A stretch of 64,000 bases of DNA, taken from positions 34,407,648 to 34,471,647 of the forward strand of contig NC_092673.1 of NCBI RefSeq assembly GCF_964355755.1. Direction: 5' to 3'. Made by a program: the position numbers and the translations under genes. The notes under the pieces were generated by a model, which saw only the letters and a list, made by a program, of their open reading frames with translations, did no database searches and was not told where the DNA came from. Of the stretch, positions 26,114 to 39,689 are shown piece after piece (within the stretch, counting starts at the first letter, position 1; each line of letters starts with the position of its first letter). The stretch comes from Antedon mediterranea. Taxonomy: Eukaryota > Animalia > Echinodermata.

Positions 26114-29100
26114 TGACGCTGCGCTTTAGTCCGAATCGAAATTAATGTATCACAATTTTAGGATTAAGAAATAACTTTCGGTTAAAGTGTAAAGTGGCCC
26201 TGAATTGTGTATAGGTCTTCTATTATATGAGTAAGGCACGTCATGCTCTTTTGATGAGAAGACTTTCTCATCAAAGATTGCACTATGTATTAAAAAAGTC
26301 TATAAAAGACAATTTTTTACCGATAAAAGGAATCATACACGTCACCGTACGTTATGATTTAAGTCTATCTTATACACATTACTAGGTTCTTAATTCTTAA
26401 AGATGTCTTTTATTACGTATACAGTATCTTGCGTAGTAATGACGGTATAATTAGTGTCTCTTAAGTGTTCGGTTAGGTGTCCGTTGGAAATGGCGTTAGT
26501 GATGACAGTCTTATAAAGCTTAGATAAATCTCAATCCGGGTCACTGACATTGAATAAGTGTGTCAAAGACATGATTGGATATATTTTATGTAATTTAGAC
26601 TTGGGGTGTGACTTCATTCTTTTTGTTTGATTATTATATAAAGATTTATTAAGGCATTAATGATAAGCCTAATCGTTTGTATGGCTCTTTTTCACTGCAT
26701 ACAGGAACTAATATAAAACTTTGCTTTAAAAATTACAAAACCTTATAAAGGCATTTTTTAAATTGTATAACGATACGTTTTTATAAACACCGCAAGCTTG
26801 GCTCCCACTTGGAGCAAGAACGTCATTTACTTGATTTGTATTGAACCATGTTTCAGGAGGGTAGTCCATCCAGCAAAGCTGATCATGATCCCCTATAATA
26901 ATCACTTTAAATAACAAGTTGAACCGATTGAACAAAGAGAAAAGTGTGCAATGTGTAATGGGAAGTAATTATATTCTCTTTACTTATTCGTTTACTAAAT
27001 AATGTTAATGTGGTTTTAATTCTTCATTTTCAACATTGATTGTGAATTGATGATTTAAGCTAATTAAACTAGATTAAAAATACATTAATAAATATACGTC
27101 AGAATCGATTTCCCAGTCAGGGCACGTTCAAAAGTTGATGATAATGGACACTTCTTTGTACGCGCGCGCGTCAACGTTATGTTCCATTGAATATGAAAGT
27201 GAGCATATATTTTACACACTCTAACCTTTCATTTTCTTAGTAAAAATATTACTTGCTTTCTATTTAGATAGACTATGTATGTATGTTTCCCAATCCCCAC
27301 TTAAAACAAAATCCGATTCTACAGCTGTCATTAGATAGATTCTAACTGGATATCGCAAGTCATCTAGAAAGGAGTCTAGCTGTACGGAATGTTTTTTAAT
27401 GCATCGCTGTCAGTAGGTTCTATCAGACCAAGCCATTGATTTTATATTAATTATTTTTAATACAATATCAAGTTATCTATGTCTTCGATATGCGCCGAAA
27501 TATTAAATAGCACGCCCTCTTTGCATTATTTCGCTCAGTTTCTGAACGCTTAAATTATTTATTTAATATTTTACTCTGAAATTGAACATACTGAATGGTT
27601 ATAAACTAAACACAGTAGAATTCCTACTAAGTGGACAAACAAATAGGACTGTTACCTGAATAGTGGTTCTACTGTATAAACAAAAGTCTAATATGTATAT
27701 TTAGGCTATACACAACACTAATAGGAGGGAAACAATAAAATAGATTATATATTTATAGATTTATATATAAATAAAGTATAGGCCTGGTGCTCTTCCTTTG
27801 AAATAGCAATGTATTACATTACAAACTATGAATACAACAAAGAAACGCAATCAATTGTAACCGGGATGATATACAGATTAATCAGGCCTAGTATTAGAAA
27901 TACATTGTTATTGATTCTCGTAAAGCTAATGCAATGGAAACAGCATGAAAATGGAAATGAACAATGTAAGCTCGTATAATATCACCTGTACATCGTAACA
28001 CCTGTCCTACAGTCAGTGCAGTCATCCTACTTTTAAACATGTTTTTACTCAGTTTGATATGGATACTTGTGTGATCCAATACGAACTGCAGTGGGAAGGC
28101 TTGCTATGATAATAAAAGTCCAGTTGGGTGTGGACTTGTATTACATTAACATACACTTGTCCCTTTGATGAGTTTGACCATCCGCAGTTATGATAGAATG
28201 GAGCTTATTACACAACTGAAATTGACCTTAACACAAAATAAGGCAATATTATTATACCGATGGTTATGTACCGCATTACAAAGCAAATAAAAGAAATAAG
28301 TCGATAATGAAGGTCGTCGTGGAATGTCGTATGATTTTTTTTTCGCACGGTAATGCAGATCCAAATAATTAATAGGTTGTTGGAAGAAAACACACACACA
28401 TTCTCGGTAGAGTTTATACATTTTCAAATTAAACCAAATTATCAGAAAAAAATCAGATTATTGTATCTAAAATGTTTCCAGCATAATAGGTACATTATGA
28501 TTCATGTTATTCCAACTATTAGTTTCGTTCTAGAAATATAGGATAATCATTTATGCTGTTTTGATAAAAATAATATTTTTAAAATTCCAATCAAATGACG
28601 TAATGATAAATAAAAACAATAAAATCGTTGTATTGTCACGATATTATGGCTCAAGTTTTAACTTTCTGTATTTTAACATTGTTATGTAATCATGTATTGT
28701 ATGTTGATCTTGACCGAATAAATGAATGAAGTCATTTGATTGGACGTGTAAAAATATAATTTTCATCAAAGGAAGCATAGATGGTTATTCTATAGTTCTA
28801 TAATAAAAAGGTTTCATATTTCATATTACTGTCTATTTATCGTCGTTATCGTCCTAGTGTGAATGGGCCTTTACGCGATCGTTATCGTCCTAGTGTGAAT
28901 AGGCCTTTACGTCTACATACTACAGTATATACTATATACATATATTTTTTTTGTTTTATTTACTACTTAATTTCCCCATGAGAATTTTATAGAATTTGTG
29001 CCAGATGGACATAACTAATTACACAATTAAAATAAAAGATACCGATACAGGCACTCTTTATTGTCCATAGGATGGAAATACATTTAATAGCATTAGCGTA

Positions 29101-30613
29101 TAAGAAGCCTAGGCTACTAAAAAATATATACATTTTAGCACCTGCTTGTAAAGGTATTATTTTAATTACTTCCTTCGCATTACAAAGCTAACTACTAATA
29201 TAGGTGAGATTCGATTTTTTTTATAATAAAAGTTGGCAACAATCAGGAGACAAAAAATCTGACCTTAGATACTATGTGTGTCCTTGTCTTTATTTGTACG
29301 TTGATAGGTCTATATATCATATATTTATTTATCTGGAGGACCAAACTTAAATCATTGGCTTAATGCGTCCTCCTCACACGGTAATGTATCAAATGTTTTG
29401 TATATTGTATTGTGTGAAACAATAAAAATAAAAACTTGAAATCCAGGATTTCATAAATTAAATCCTAATGTTTAGCTAATAAGATTCACACGAACAGAAA
29501 TATGACAACATAGATAATATCAATAAGTAAAATGTCATTGCGTTCACACGCTAGTTTGTCGATGTAATTTAAAAATGTCAAAAACTCATTAAATTATGTT
29601 CATATTATGTGCAGATACCGTTGTCTTTTATCGATTATACATCCATGTATCGATTATACATCCATGTATCGATTATACATCCATGTATTCGTTCGGAGAT
29701 TTTACATCAGTTTTATTTAGAAAAATGTTTGTCATCGTATGTTTCTACCTCATCTAGGCCTGCAAATGTTACAGAATTGTTCCGTTACATCAATGTAACG
29801 CGAAGACGAGGGGACGGGTTCAGGGTAGCACCAAGGACATCTACAATCTTTTCTTATCTATTTTTGACAGACTTAGGCTTACAATTATTGTATATGAACG
29901 CTTCCTAGTGTAAAATTCCTGAAACCGACCCTGAAACGAGTTCACATGCTGTTGACGTATATCTAGGTCCTCCTCGCATATTTAACTTAGTATTTCATGC
30001 ATTTCGCACTGATTTAACTATGTTAGATCTTTCGGACCGTAGTTATTTTATTTTTAATAACTTTACGAGAACAGATGCAGTCAATTTATTGCAATAAAAT
30101 GTACACTGATTTCGTCTTCAGAAATGCTTGAATATCGTTCGGTGGGGAAGAGTTAGTCCGGATTTCTTTTTAGAATCTGTTCTATATAGTTGTGTTTTAT
30201 GCACAGCTAACAAGCATTTAGTAGACGTGTCAATTAACTAATATAACTATAAAGCTAGAATCTAGTTTAATAATTACGAACTACAACTATAAATGTCAGA
30301 TAAGCTAGGTTATGATTAATACTGTTAGCTTGTCATAAATATTATAATTATTAAATTTAATACAACAATCCATAAGTCAATCCATATACTGTAGTAAATT
30401 ATAAATTAAATAAATTCTTGCCAATGAATAAATTAAATTTGTATCGCTTGATTTCGTATCATGTGTCGTTGATTATTTAGTTACATTCAACGGTTTTAAT
30501 TTAAGTATTTGAATAGAGTTAGTAAACGACAGACGATTACGGTAATAATGCAACAACGCTGAAACAAAATGTACAATCATTAAAAAGATTCATTCGGTTG
30601 GTATTACAAAAAA

Positions 30614-30801
30614 AAAATATAATAGTTAATTATATCTCAACCGTAATAGTAATAGTAAATAACGATTATTTTATTTACCTGACGTTTCGAAAACTATCAG
30701 TTTGAGAAAGCCAACTGATAGTTGGCGAAACGTGAGGTAAATAAAATAATCGTTATTTACTATTACTATTATGGTTGAGATATAATTAACTATTGTATTT
30801 T
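30614..30801. mobile_element. ~89-bp-arm palindrome, probably an inverted Penelope-like element terminus
   Basis: Near-perfect inverted repeat with loop tgagaaagcc. It contains gaaag-ccaac...gttgg-cgaaacgt, resembling PLE hammerhead-type motifs. A related stub lies at ~3860-3892. Confidence 0.55.
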
Positions 30802-32918
30802 AAAATGTACAATATCTTGATATCAATTAACTGCTCTGCTTGATTTCCTATCATATGTTTCGTTGGTTATTTAGTTGCATTCAACGGTTTTAAGTTCTAC
30901 TATGCAATAGTGCTATTAAACGACCAGCGATTAATGATGCAGAAACAAAACGTTCACAATCTCTATACCAGTCCTATAACACCACGTACAACTATAATTC
31001 ATAATAGTCAATATCTAATCATAGACGGATTTAGAAGGGCAACCCACAAAAGTGAAATCAAGATATAATGTAATATATTGACGGCATAGCTACTGGTTGC
31101 TTATTCCCTTACTGTATACCTATAAGCATTGAATAAATGTCGGTAAAAGATGTCAGACGCACTCGAAGAAAATCAATATTCGATGTAGGCCTATAACTAA
31201 CGGATAATAAGTTCGTTTTAAACACCTAAAAAGACAAGATCAATTGCATTTCTCCACAAGAAGCCGTAAAGTCATTTAAACTATTTAAACATGTATTAAA
31301 TACACCCAGATTTGTAGTGTTACAATATACGGTACGTACGCACACTCAGGTAGCACATACAATGCCATTACTTTATAATTACGGGTAGGCTTAGTTACAA
31401 TCATGGTTTTCACTATTCAAATTATTTGTTGAATACCAAGGTAATATTGTAAGAGAATATCAGATACTACAAACAATAAATTGACAAGATCTTTGTTCTA
31501 GACCGGTTTTATTATCTCCAAGTTTGATTTGGCGCCTTATCGTGAGATGACTTTGATTCACACATTTAAATGTCAAGTTTCTGGCGCCATTTCTTTATGA
31601 GTTCGTACTTAATGAGAACAAACACACAACAACGGCGGGTTATCTAATTTTTACCATTTTTAATCAACTTTAGGTTCCATTTAAAAGTGGAACACATTCG
31701 ACGTATGATACCTAGGATTCCTTAGCGTCTCCTAATGATGAAAGATTTACTAAATGTCATTTAGAAAGAAACGTGATGCTCAGAAAATCTTTGAAACGGA
31801 AAATGAGAAAATCGGCGGCGAGACCAGCCGTCCTAATTGACTACCATTTTAGGTTCACGACGATCAGAAAACACGCGGTATTTCTCAATGTAGGTCTCGC
31901 CTACAACGCATAACGCATACCACACGGATACGCCTTTAATGTGTTCATCATTTCCACATGTTTTCAAAAAACTTTGTTGCCATTTTCATATGAAGAGACA
32001 TTACATTCAGACAAGTTGTATTAATTTAAAAGCGCTTTTCTATAATAGTCTAAGACATTTTCTTAGAAAAAGATAGATTTCATCACAATGGTTATTGTAT
32101 GCGGTGATTGTTGTATTAAAAATCAATCTTTTAGGTGTTCTATAGGATTATCAACATAACAATGTGTATTACCAAACCGATTTTCGGTACTGTTTAATTG
32201 TCAAATATCACAACACCATACGTAATGCGACTCCTGTACTAGACCCTAACCTAACCCTTAATCAATCATCCAGGGGGCGTATAGCAATTAAAAGACACCA
32301 ATCTTGCAGGCCTACGTGTAATACCAGATTGAACTAAGTTAAGCAAACTGATTTAAATATAAATATGAAAATAAATATAAAATATGACTTAAAAGTCATA
32401 TTTTCTATTTGAATTTAAAAAAAAAACCCTTCGACATTCGCTGTATCCGAAACACCCATGGTGGTTCGAATCCCGGTTGTTTCGTCTGCAGGCTTACTCT
32501 CCGCCACGTCCTCCAGTAATGAATTTTAATTTGTTTTGTATATTACTATACTGTACAGCCGCCAGGTTTAAATATAAAGTTGCAAAATATGTATTATATA
32601 CGATAGTATTGTAAAAGCACATTTATGACACACTGATGATGAAAGAGCATGCCGCCTTAGCATTTGGAATAGTTAATCATAATGTACGCGCAGTTATCTG
32701 GTAAATAATCCACCTATCACAAATATTAAGATTAATTGACGGAAGTCTAAATCCTGGCCGATTATAAGCTGGAATTGACAGTATATTTACTGGTTTCTTC
32801 TTCTAAATGATTTTCAAACTTATCATAATCAATGTCACATTAAATTATTCAATTTCAATTTCATTTTTTTTAATTTCCGAAACCAGAGTCAACAAAAATT
32901 GAATCGACATCATTGTGT

Positions 32919-34428
32919 TACATACTATGTGAACAACTTGAAACACGTGTGGAGTATACTCTATGTATACATACTATGTGAACAACTTGAAACACGTGTG
33001 GAGTATACTCTATTATGTATACATACTATGTGAACAACTTGAAACACGTGTGGAGTATACTCTATGTATACATACTATGTGAACAACTTGAAACACGTGT
33101 GGAGTATACTCTATGTATACATACTATGTGAACAACTTGAAACACGTGTGGAGTATACTCTATGTATACATACTATGTGAACAACTTGAAACACGTGTGG
33201 AGTATACTCTATTATGTATACATACTATGTGAACAACTTGAAACACGTGTGGAGTATACTCTATGTATACATACTATGTGAACAACTTGAAACAAGTGTG
33301 GAGTATACTCTATGTATACATACTATGTGAACAACTTGAAACACGTGTGGAGTATACTCTATTACATATACATACTATGTGAACAACTTGAAACACGTGT
33401 GGAGTATACTCTATGTATACATACTATGTGAACAACTTGAAACACGTGTGGAGTATACTCTATGTATACATACTATGTGAACAACTTGAAACACGTGTGG
33501 AGTATACTCTATGTATACATACTATGTGAACAACTTGAAACACGTGTGGAGTATACTCTATTATGTATACATACTATGTGAACAACTTGAAACACGTGTG
33601 GAGTATACTCTATGTATACATACTATGTGAACAACTTGAAACACGTGTGGAGTATAGGCCTACTCTATGTATACATACTATGTGAACAACTTGAAACACG
33701 TGTGGAGTATACTCTATTATGTATACATACTATGTGAACAACTTGAAACACGTGTGGAGTATACTCTATGTATACATACTATGTGAACAACTTGAAACAC
33801 GTGTGGAGTATACTCTATTATGTATACATACTATGTGAACAACTTGAAACACGTGTGGAGTATACTCTATTACATATACATACTATGTGAACAACTTGAA
33901 ACACGTGTGGAGTATACTCTATGTATACATACTATGTGAACAACTTGAAACACGTGTGGAGTATACTCTATGTATACATACTATGTGAACAACTTGAAAC
34001 ACGTGTGGAGTATACTCTATTACGTATACATACTATGTGAACAACTTGAAACACGTGTGGAGTATACTCTATGTATACATACTATGTGAACAACTTGAAA
34101 CACGTGTGGAGTATACTCTATGTATACATACTATGTGAACAACTTGAAACACGTGTGGAGTATACTCTATGTATACATACTATGTGAACAACTTGAAACA
34201 CGTGTGGAGTATACTCTATTACGTATACATACTATGTGAACAACTTGAAACACGTGTGGAGTATACTCTATGTATACATACTATGTGAACAACTTGAAAC
34301 ACGTGTGGAGTATACTCTATGTATACATACTATGTGAACAACTTGAAACACGTGTGGAGTATACTCTATGTATACATATGTGAACAACTTGAAACACGTG
34401 TGGAGTATACTCTATTACGTATACATAC
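32919..34428. repeat. 49/52-bp minisatellite x ~30
   Basis: Unit catactatgtgaacaacttgaaacacgtgtggagtatactctatgtata, with +TAT variants. Confidence 0.97.
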
Positions 34429-36439
34429 TTTGTGGGCTTTACACGACCTGATTATAAATACTCTGTAAACACGTATATGCCTACATACAGTACTATATAA
34501 CGTATAGATGTAGACATGTACACATGTATGTAGGCTTACATACTATGTAGATATAAAGGCCTAGTTACACTAGAACGATAACGATCGACGATAAATAGAT
34601 AAACAAGCATTTTTCTTGCAATAAACAAAAGAAATTAGAATAGTTTTTGTTCTAGAACTAAGGATAACCATTTATGCTGTCGTTATGCTGTCTATTGCGT
34701 ACAGTCGATCACAACGGTGCTTCCATTGTGTTTCGGTGTGACGGACAACCTAACATAATTTACTGTCTATGACTCTACACAAACTAAAGATTCGTGTGTC
34801 TGCTTATGAATAAGTAAATAAACGAAAAGCATGTTTAAGACTATTTATCAGATTACTTACATTTACAGTACTATTATGATGTCCAATTGGTAAACTTTAA
34901 ATTTCAGAACTTCATGTTATGCTTTCTTTAAGCGAGGAATCAAATTTGTTTTTCATATAGATCAAAATGATGTTATATCATTGCCTTGCCAGCCTTACAA
35001 CAATCCACAGAGATATACTCAATAACGTACAACTCTTTTGATTTGTTGTCTGCTTTAACCACGGATTGTTTCTAATAAATCGGATCTCCCCACTGACTTT
35101 GTAAGACCGACCTAAATAACGGTCAAGAAATAGAAGGAGAAATTGATATACATAACGAATAGTAGAGGGAATGCTAAGTAAATACAACCGTCAAGGTGAA
35201 TCTTGAATCTAACAGTAATAAATTGAAAGAGATCATTTGCTGGCCCAGAGGTGAGTCCGATGAGTAGTTTAACAAACTGTGCATAATGTTTGAATGCTCT
35301 GGTGTATAGCACGCTGGATAGATGACATTTTCAATTACATGAGCCAAAATATTGTCTTTCCATTACACGAATGAGATCAGCAAGATACACACCTTACTTG
35401 ATATGATAATTGGGATTATATTCAAATATATAGATAAATACATTTAAGCGATGAAGAAGTTTGAAAACGGAGAGAGCAAACGAAGGCGTGGTATTTGATA
35501 TTTTCGGCTCATAATTAGATAAAGATAACGTAATATTTCAATTTAATCAATTTTGTGACGTCACCAATATATCGATTTTCATGACGATAAATCATGGGAT
35601 GTTGGTATAAAATAAGTAAGATAACTTGATTGTGGATGTTATCAAAACAAACATACATGCAAGGCAATAACAGGCAATGTAAAAAAAGGCCTTCTTCACA
35701 AAATGCTTCAAAAGACGGCTAAAAAACACACCATGCACAAACAACATGAAAGCCAAACGAACTAATGAAGAATGATAAACTGAACATCTCACAAGAAGAA
35801 AGGATGACTGGATTTGAATCAAGGTAATTCAACACAGGACACCGATCTCGCCTTGCCAAGATAGGAACTCGTAACAGTCCTTTGGTCTTATGTCTGGCTG
35901 CGACAAATACCAACAGTACTGTCTGAGAAATCACAGGCAGCCTACTTATGTATACTTCGCGGCGTAGAACTGGTCGTGTCGCAGCCACAGTTAAATCGTT
36001 TGATCTTCGGAGCTCAGCATCCAAATGCTAAGGTTGCCATGATCGAATATACGAGGTGAATTACTACCATCATTCTGTAAATCAAAGCTCTAGTCTCACA
36101 AAATCACAAATTGAACTTGTGTCAAGCGGTTGACAACATTGTCTTAAAATACAACATGTAATTCTCTTTTTGTTAAATTTAATCAATTTAACTACATAGA
36201 CCAAGTTTTCGCTTGGGGAATATACACTACTTATACTAATGCATTGACTTCGCCGATAAATTACAAAAGACAAAATGGGTAATTACATTCTGCGTGTTTT
36301 TTACTTGTCAACGTTCGGTCCATTATTATTTTGCAGTGCGTTTACTTAAGCGTTTAAAATCCATAATAAGTATTGCCATCATGATTGGTCTGATGTTTAG
36401 CCCTACTGTGACGTAATTTGTAATTCATACTAAGTACAT

Positions 36440-36620
36440 TGAGAATACTTGTGACATTTTACGCAAGTAATTCTCGGGTGGGACTCAAACCCACGACCTC
36501 CAGATCACTAGCCTGGCGTTCACTCTACACCACCGAGCTTTCGCTGATGGCTAGTGGTCTTCTGAAGAAATTGTTTAAATTACAGGTAAAAGGTCATGAA
36601 CCTCCTGGATCCACCACATT
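36440..36620 (-). mobile_element. tRNA-derived SINE-like sequence
   Basis: Minus strand agctcggtggtgtagagtg...ctagtgatctggaggtcgtgggtttgagtcccacc has A/B-box-like motifs but no intact cloverleaf. Confidence 0.5.
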
Positions 36621-39600
36621 CATTTCTTTTATTCTTTAATTCGTAATCCAATGAAAAAAAAACCAATAACGATGGAATGCACAAAGTAGAAAGAGCTGTT
36701 GATTCATGTATACCAGAATAATTCATATATAATGTGTTTATAGCTTACAATGCAATTACTATTCAATACTTTATCATAAATATACTGTTTTTATATACAT
36801 TTTGTTATATTAACAATTCCATGTTTATGATAAGTTTTCGATGAAATAAAAGTGGGAAGAACCCAAAAAAGAAGACAAAAAAGGAGAAAAGAGCTGTCGA
36901 TTTCAGGAACAGATGAGCATTGGCATAATGTAGGAACGAGGGTGATATCGGGAACAGTGGAGGAATGAAGTGCAAACAGTTTGATAGTATACAGAAAACA
37001 AGGACAATGGTTTGAAATACAATCAATCAATCAATCAATCAATCATTTATACTACATTTTAATTTATTCAATTGATGTTTTATGCCTGTTTTAAATGTTT
37101 TTATATTTGTAAGTATCATGTAATTCAGCCATTGGCTGCGATTTTGATATGCAATAAAATGAAATGAAATAAAAACAACAGCGATGAAAACCGCCACTAA
37201 CAGACCCAAGATAACAGCATTACAGAGATTTAACATTTACCCTTTACATTTAAGCTATCTTTTAATCATTCTAGTCAAGCAATTTGGGATCATCTTTTCT
37301 TCCTAGATTTTAAATTCAGCATGCGTATACAACTTTATTTTTCCCAGGCTAAAAATACGCGATAAGAACATTATGATGGGCGCAGGATGTGTGGACCGGC
37401 GGCGGAGTGGAGATGATGACAGGTGTTGGGGGAGGGTGGGTGGACCGGCGGCGGAGTGGAGATGATGACAGGTGTTGGGAGAATGCAACATTTTTTCAAG
37501 CAATGTTTTGACACGTATTGTCATCATGTTCGTGATAAGAAAATTATGATATGAAATGTTATATCACTACTCCACGAATAATACGTAGACTCATCAATAG
37601 ATACAGAGTACATTAACCCAAGGATGTCAAGGGGTCTATGTGTATATAGACGCGCCGCCGGTAACTATGTTAACAAAGTAATAAATGGGAGTTGGCATTT
37701 GTTGGAACAACCTTTTGACAATAAATGTTTTAATTCAACATGGTGTTATGTAGAATATGGCAGGTTCTAAAGGGTAACAGTTTAACACGTTCGCGATAAG
37801 AAAATAAGTCGAACTTTATACATTGATTTTAAATGTTCCTACCTTTAAATTTAATAAAGTTAAATAAATGTAAATTTAAATAGCCCTAAACCATTTTTGC
37901 TGCCAACAAATATGTCCTATATAAACATCAGTATATTTTCTACTACTAAAACAGGGTCATAGAAATAGATCCATGCTATAATAAAAATTTAAAAACAACC
38001 ATATAAATTAAGATCAGAACAAACCTAATAATAAACTGGAGCTATTATCTAAAATCTAGAATACTGAGATATAGCGCCTACAAATACACTATATATAGTA
38101 GTATAATGAGTCATAATCCGCAAAGTAGAGCATTTGAGGATTAAAACGAGATAAAAAATATATCGTTAAAAAATTCTAAATACAGTTATTAGCTATGAAA
38201 ATAAGTATAGAAATAGCATAAACCATAAAAGATTACCTATTATTGTAAAAAAAATGCTGTGAGATTATCATCCGGTAATAATTTGCAACTAGGTTATATT
38301 TGGTTAGGTGATATTTGTTATTTGCTATTCAGCAAATATTGTGTTTGATCCTTAATAAATACACATTTTACTGTAACTGCCTAAAAACAAAATATTTATT
38401 TCTAACAAAGTCATTGTTGATTGTGTGATCCCTCCCAATACAAGGTATACTAACAAATGTGTATCTCTCATACGTTGATCTGTCAAAAATTGCCACTTGT
38501 TAAAGGTAAACAATTCCACCACGACTGTATCTAGTATTTGTGGATGGGGGTCCATAAATATGTTTAGTATTGTGGCATTAATTCGTGTAGGCCTAGGTTG
38601 TGTCATTATTTCTCCTTTTAAAGGTCAGGTACGGGCAAAAACATGTATTGATCATACATTCAAATAAATACCAAACTATAGTTTCCCCAATGTTTTATAG
38701 TGATTTGTGTATTTGTGTATGTGTGGGTTACACGACTTCGTAAACATAAGTACTTTCTTATTATTAGTGAGCGAATTCTAGTGCAAATTGCAGAGTAAAA
38801 TCTATATTCCTTTGTATAAGATAAAAGAAGCAATTATAAGCGATGTGGAAAAAAATATCAAATGACAAAATATAGGCCTAGGTATAACAATATTATAATT
38901 TGACATTGTGTGTGACATTGTGTGTGACATTGTGTGTGTTGCTATTTAACTTCAGGAATGTTATGTTCGTGTTCTACCAGATATGGTATTACATCAGGTT
39001 AAACTACAACTACTGAAAAAAGATCTAGTTTTTAGGTCTATAGCAACATTTTACTAAATTCTGTATTTGACCATTTCAAGAGAAATTCATGTTTTTTGTC
39101 GTGACTTCTGTTACACACACATTTGATGTATATACATTTGACTAGACTAAAGGTCATTTATAAAGGTCATTTACTAAAGGTCATTTATTGTGCCTGAACT
39201 TTAAATTATAATACTGTATACGAAGAATATTGTAAAATATCATGAAATACATACAGATCGTCTTTCTACGTTAGATGGGAAAAAAGGGTTATGTTCGAGA
39301 AAAAAAAGGCGAAATTGACGTTACGGAGGACTATGTATCGGACATATATAGTATATATCACTATTACCACTGTAGTCTTACTTTACATAATGTATTGCAA
39401 AGATTATTTGAAATAAATGAAAACTGTTGTATATACCTCTTGATGTATGTTGCTTAATAAACTGGTAATAGTTATCGCAGTGCATAATATTGATATATAT
39501 ATATTGCAATTGAATATGTATCGCAATTTGAGTGTTATGAAAGCGAGTAATACTAGACATAACTGCATGTCGTCATTTATATTTAACCTTTTAAATAAAT

Positions 39601-39689
39601 GCATACACATTCTGTCATGACATTTGTATTGACGTCGTATGACACGATGGAAGGTATGATTAGAGAGATGGTGGGGTGGTGGGGAGTGT

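Noticed and set aside
32455-32480. tRNA gene at ggttcgaatccc (also ~25548, 36470, 57975)
   Set aside because: Only B-box-like motifs are present, with no complete cloverleaf; SINE remnants are more likely.
35592-36273. Cluster of short ORFs with slightly higher GC as a nested gene
   Set aside because: No recognisable motifs or consistent splice structure; cannot be supported.
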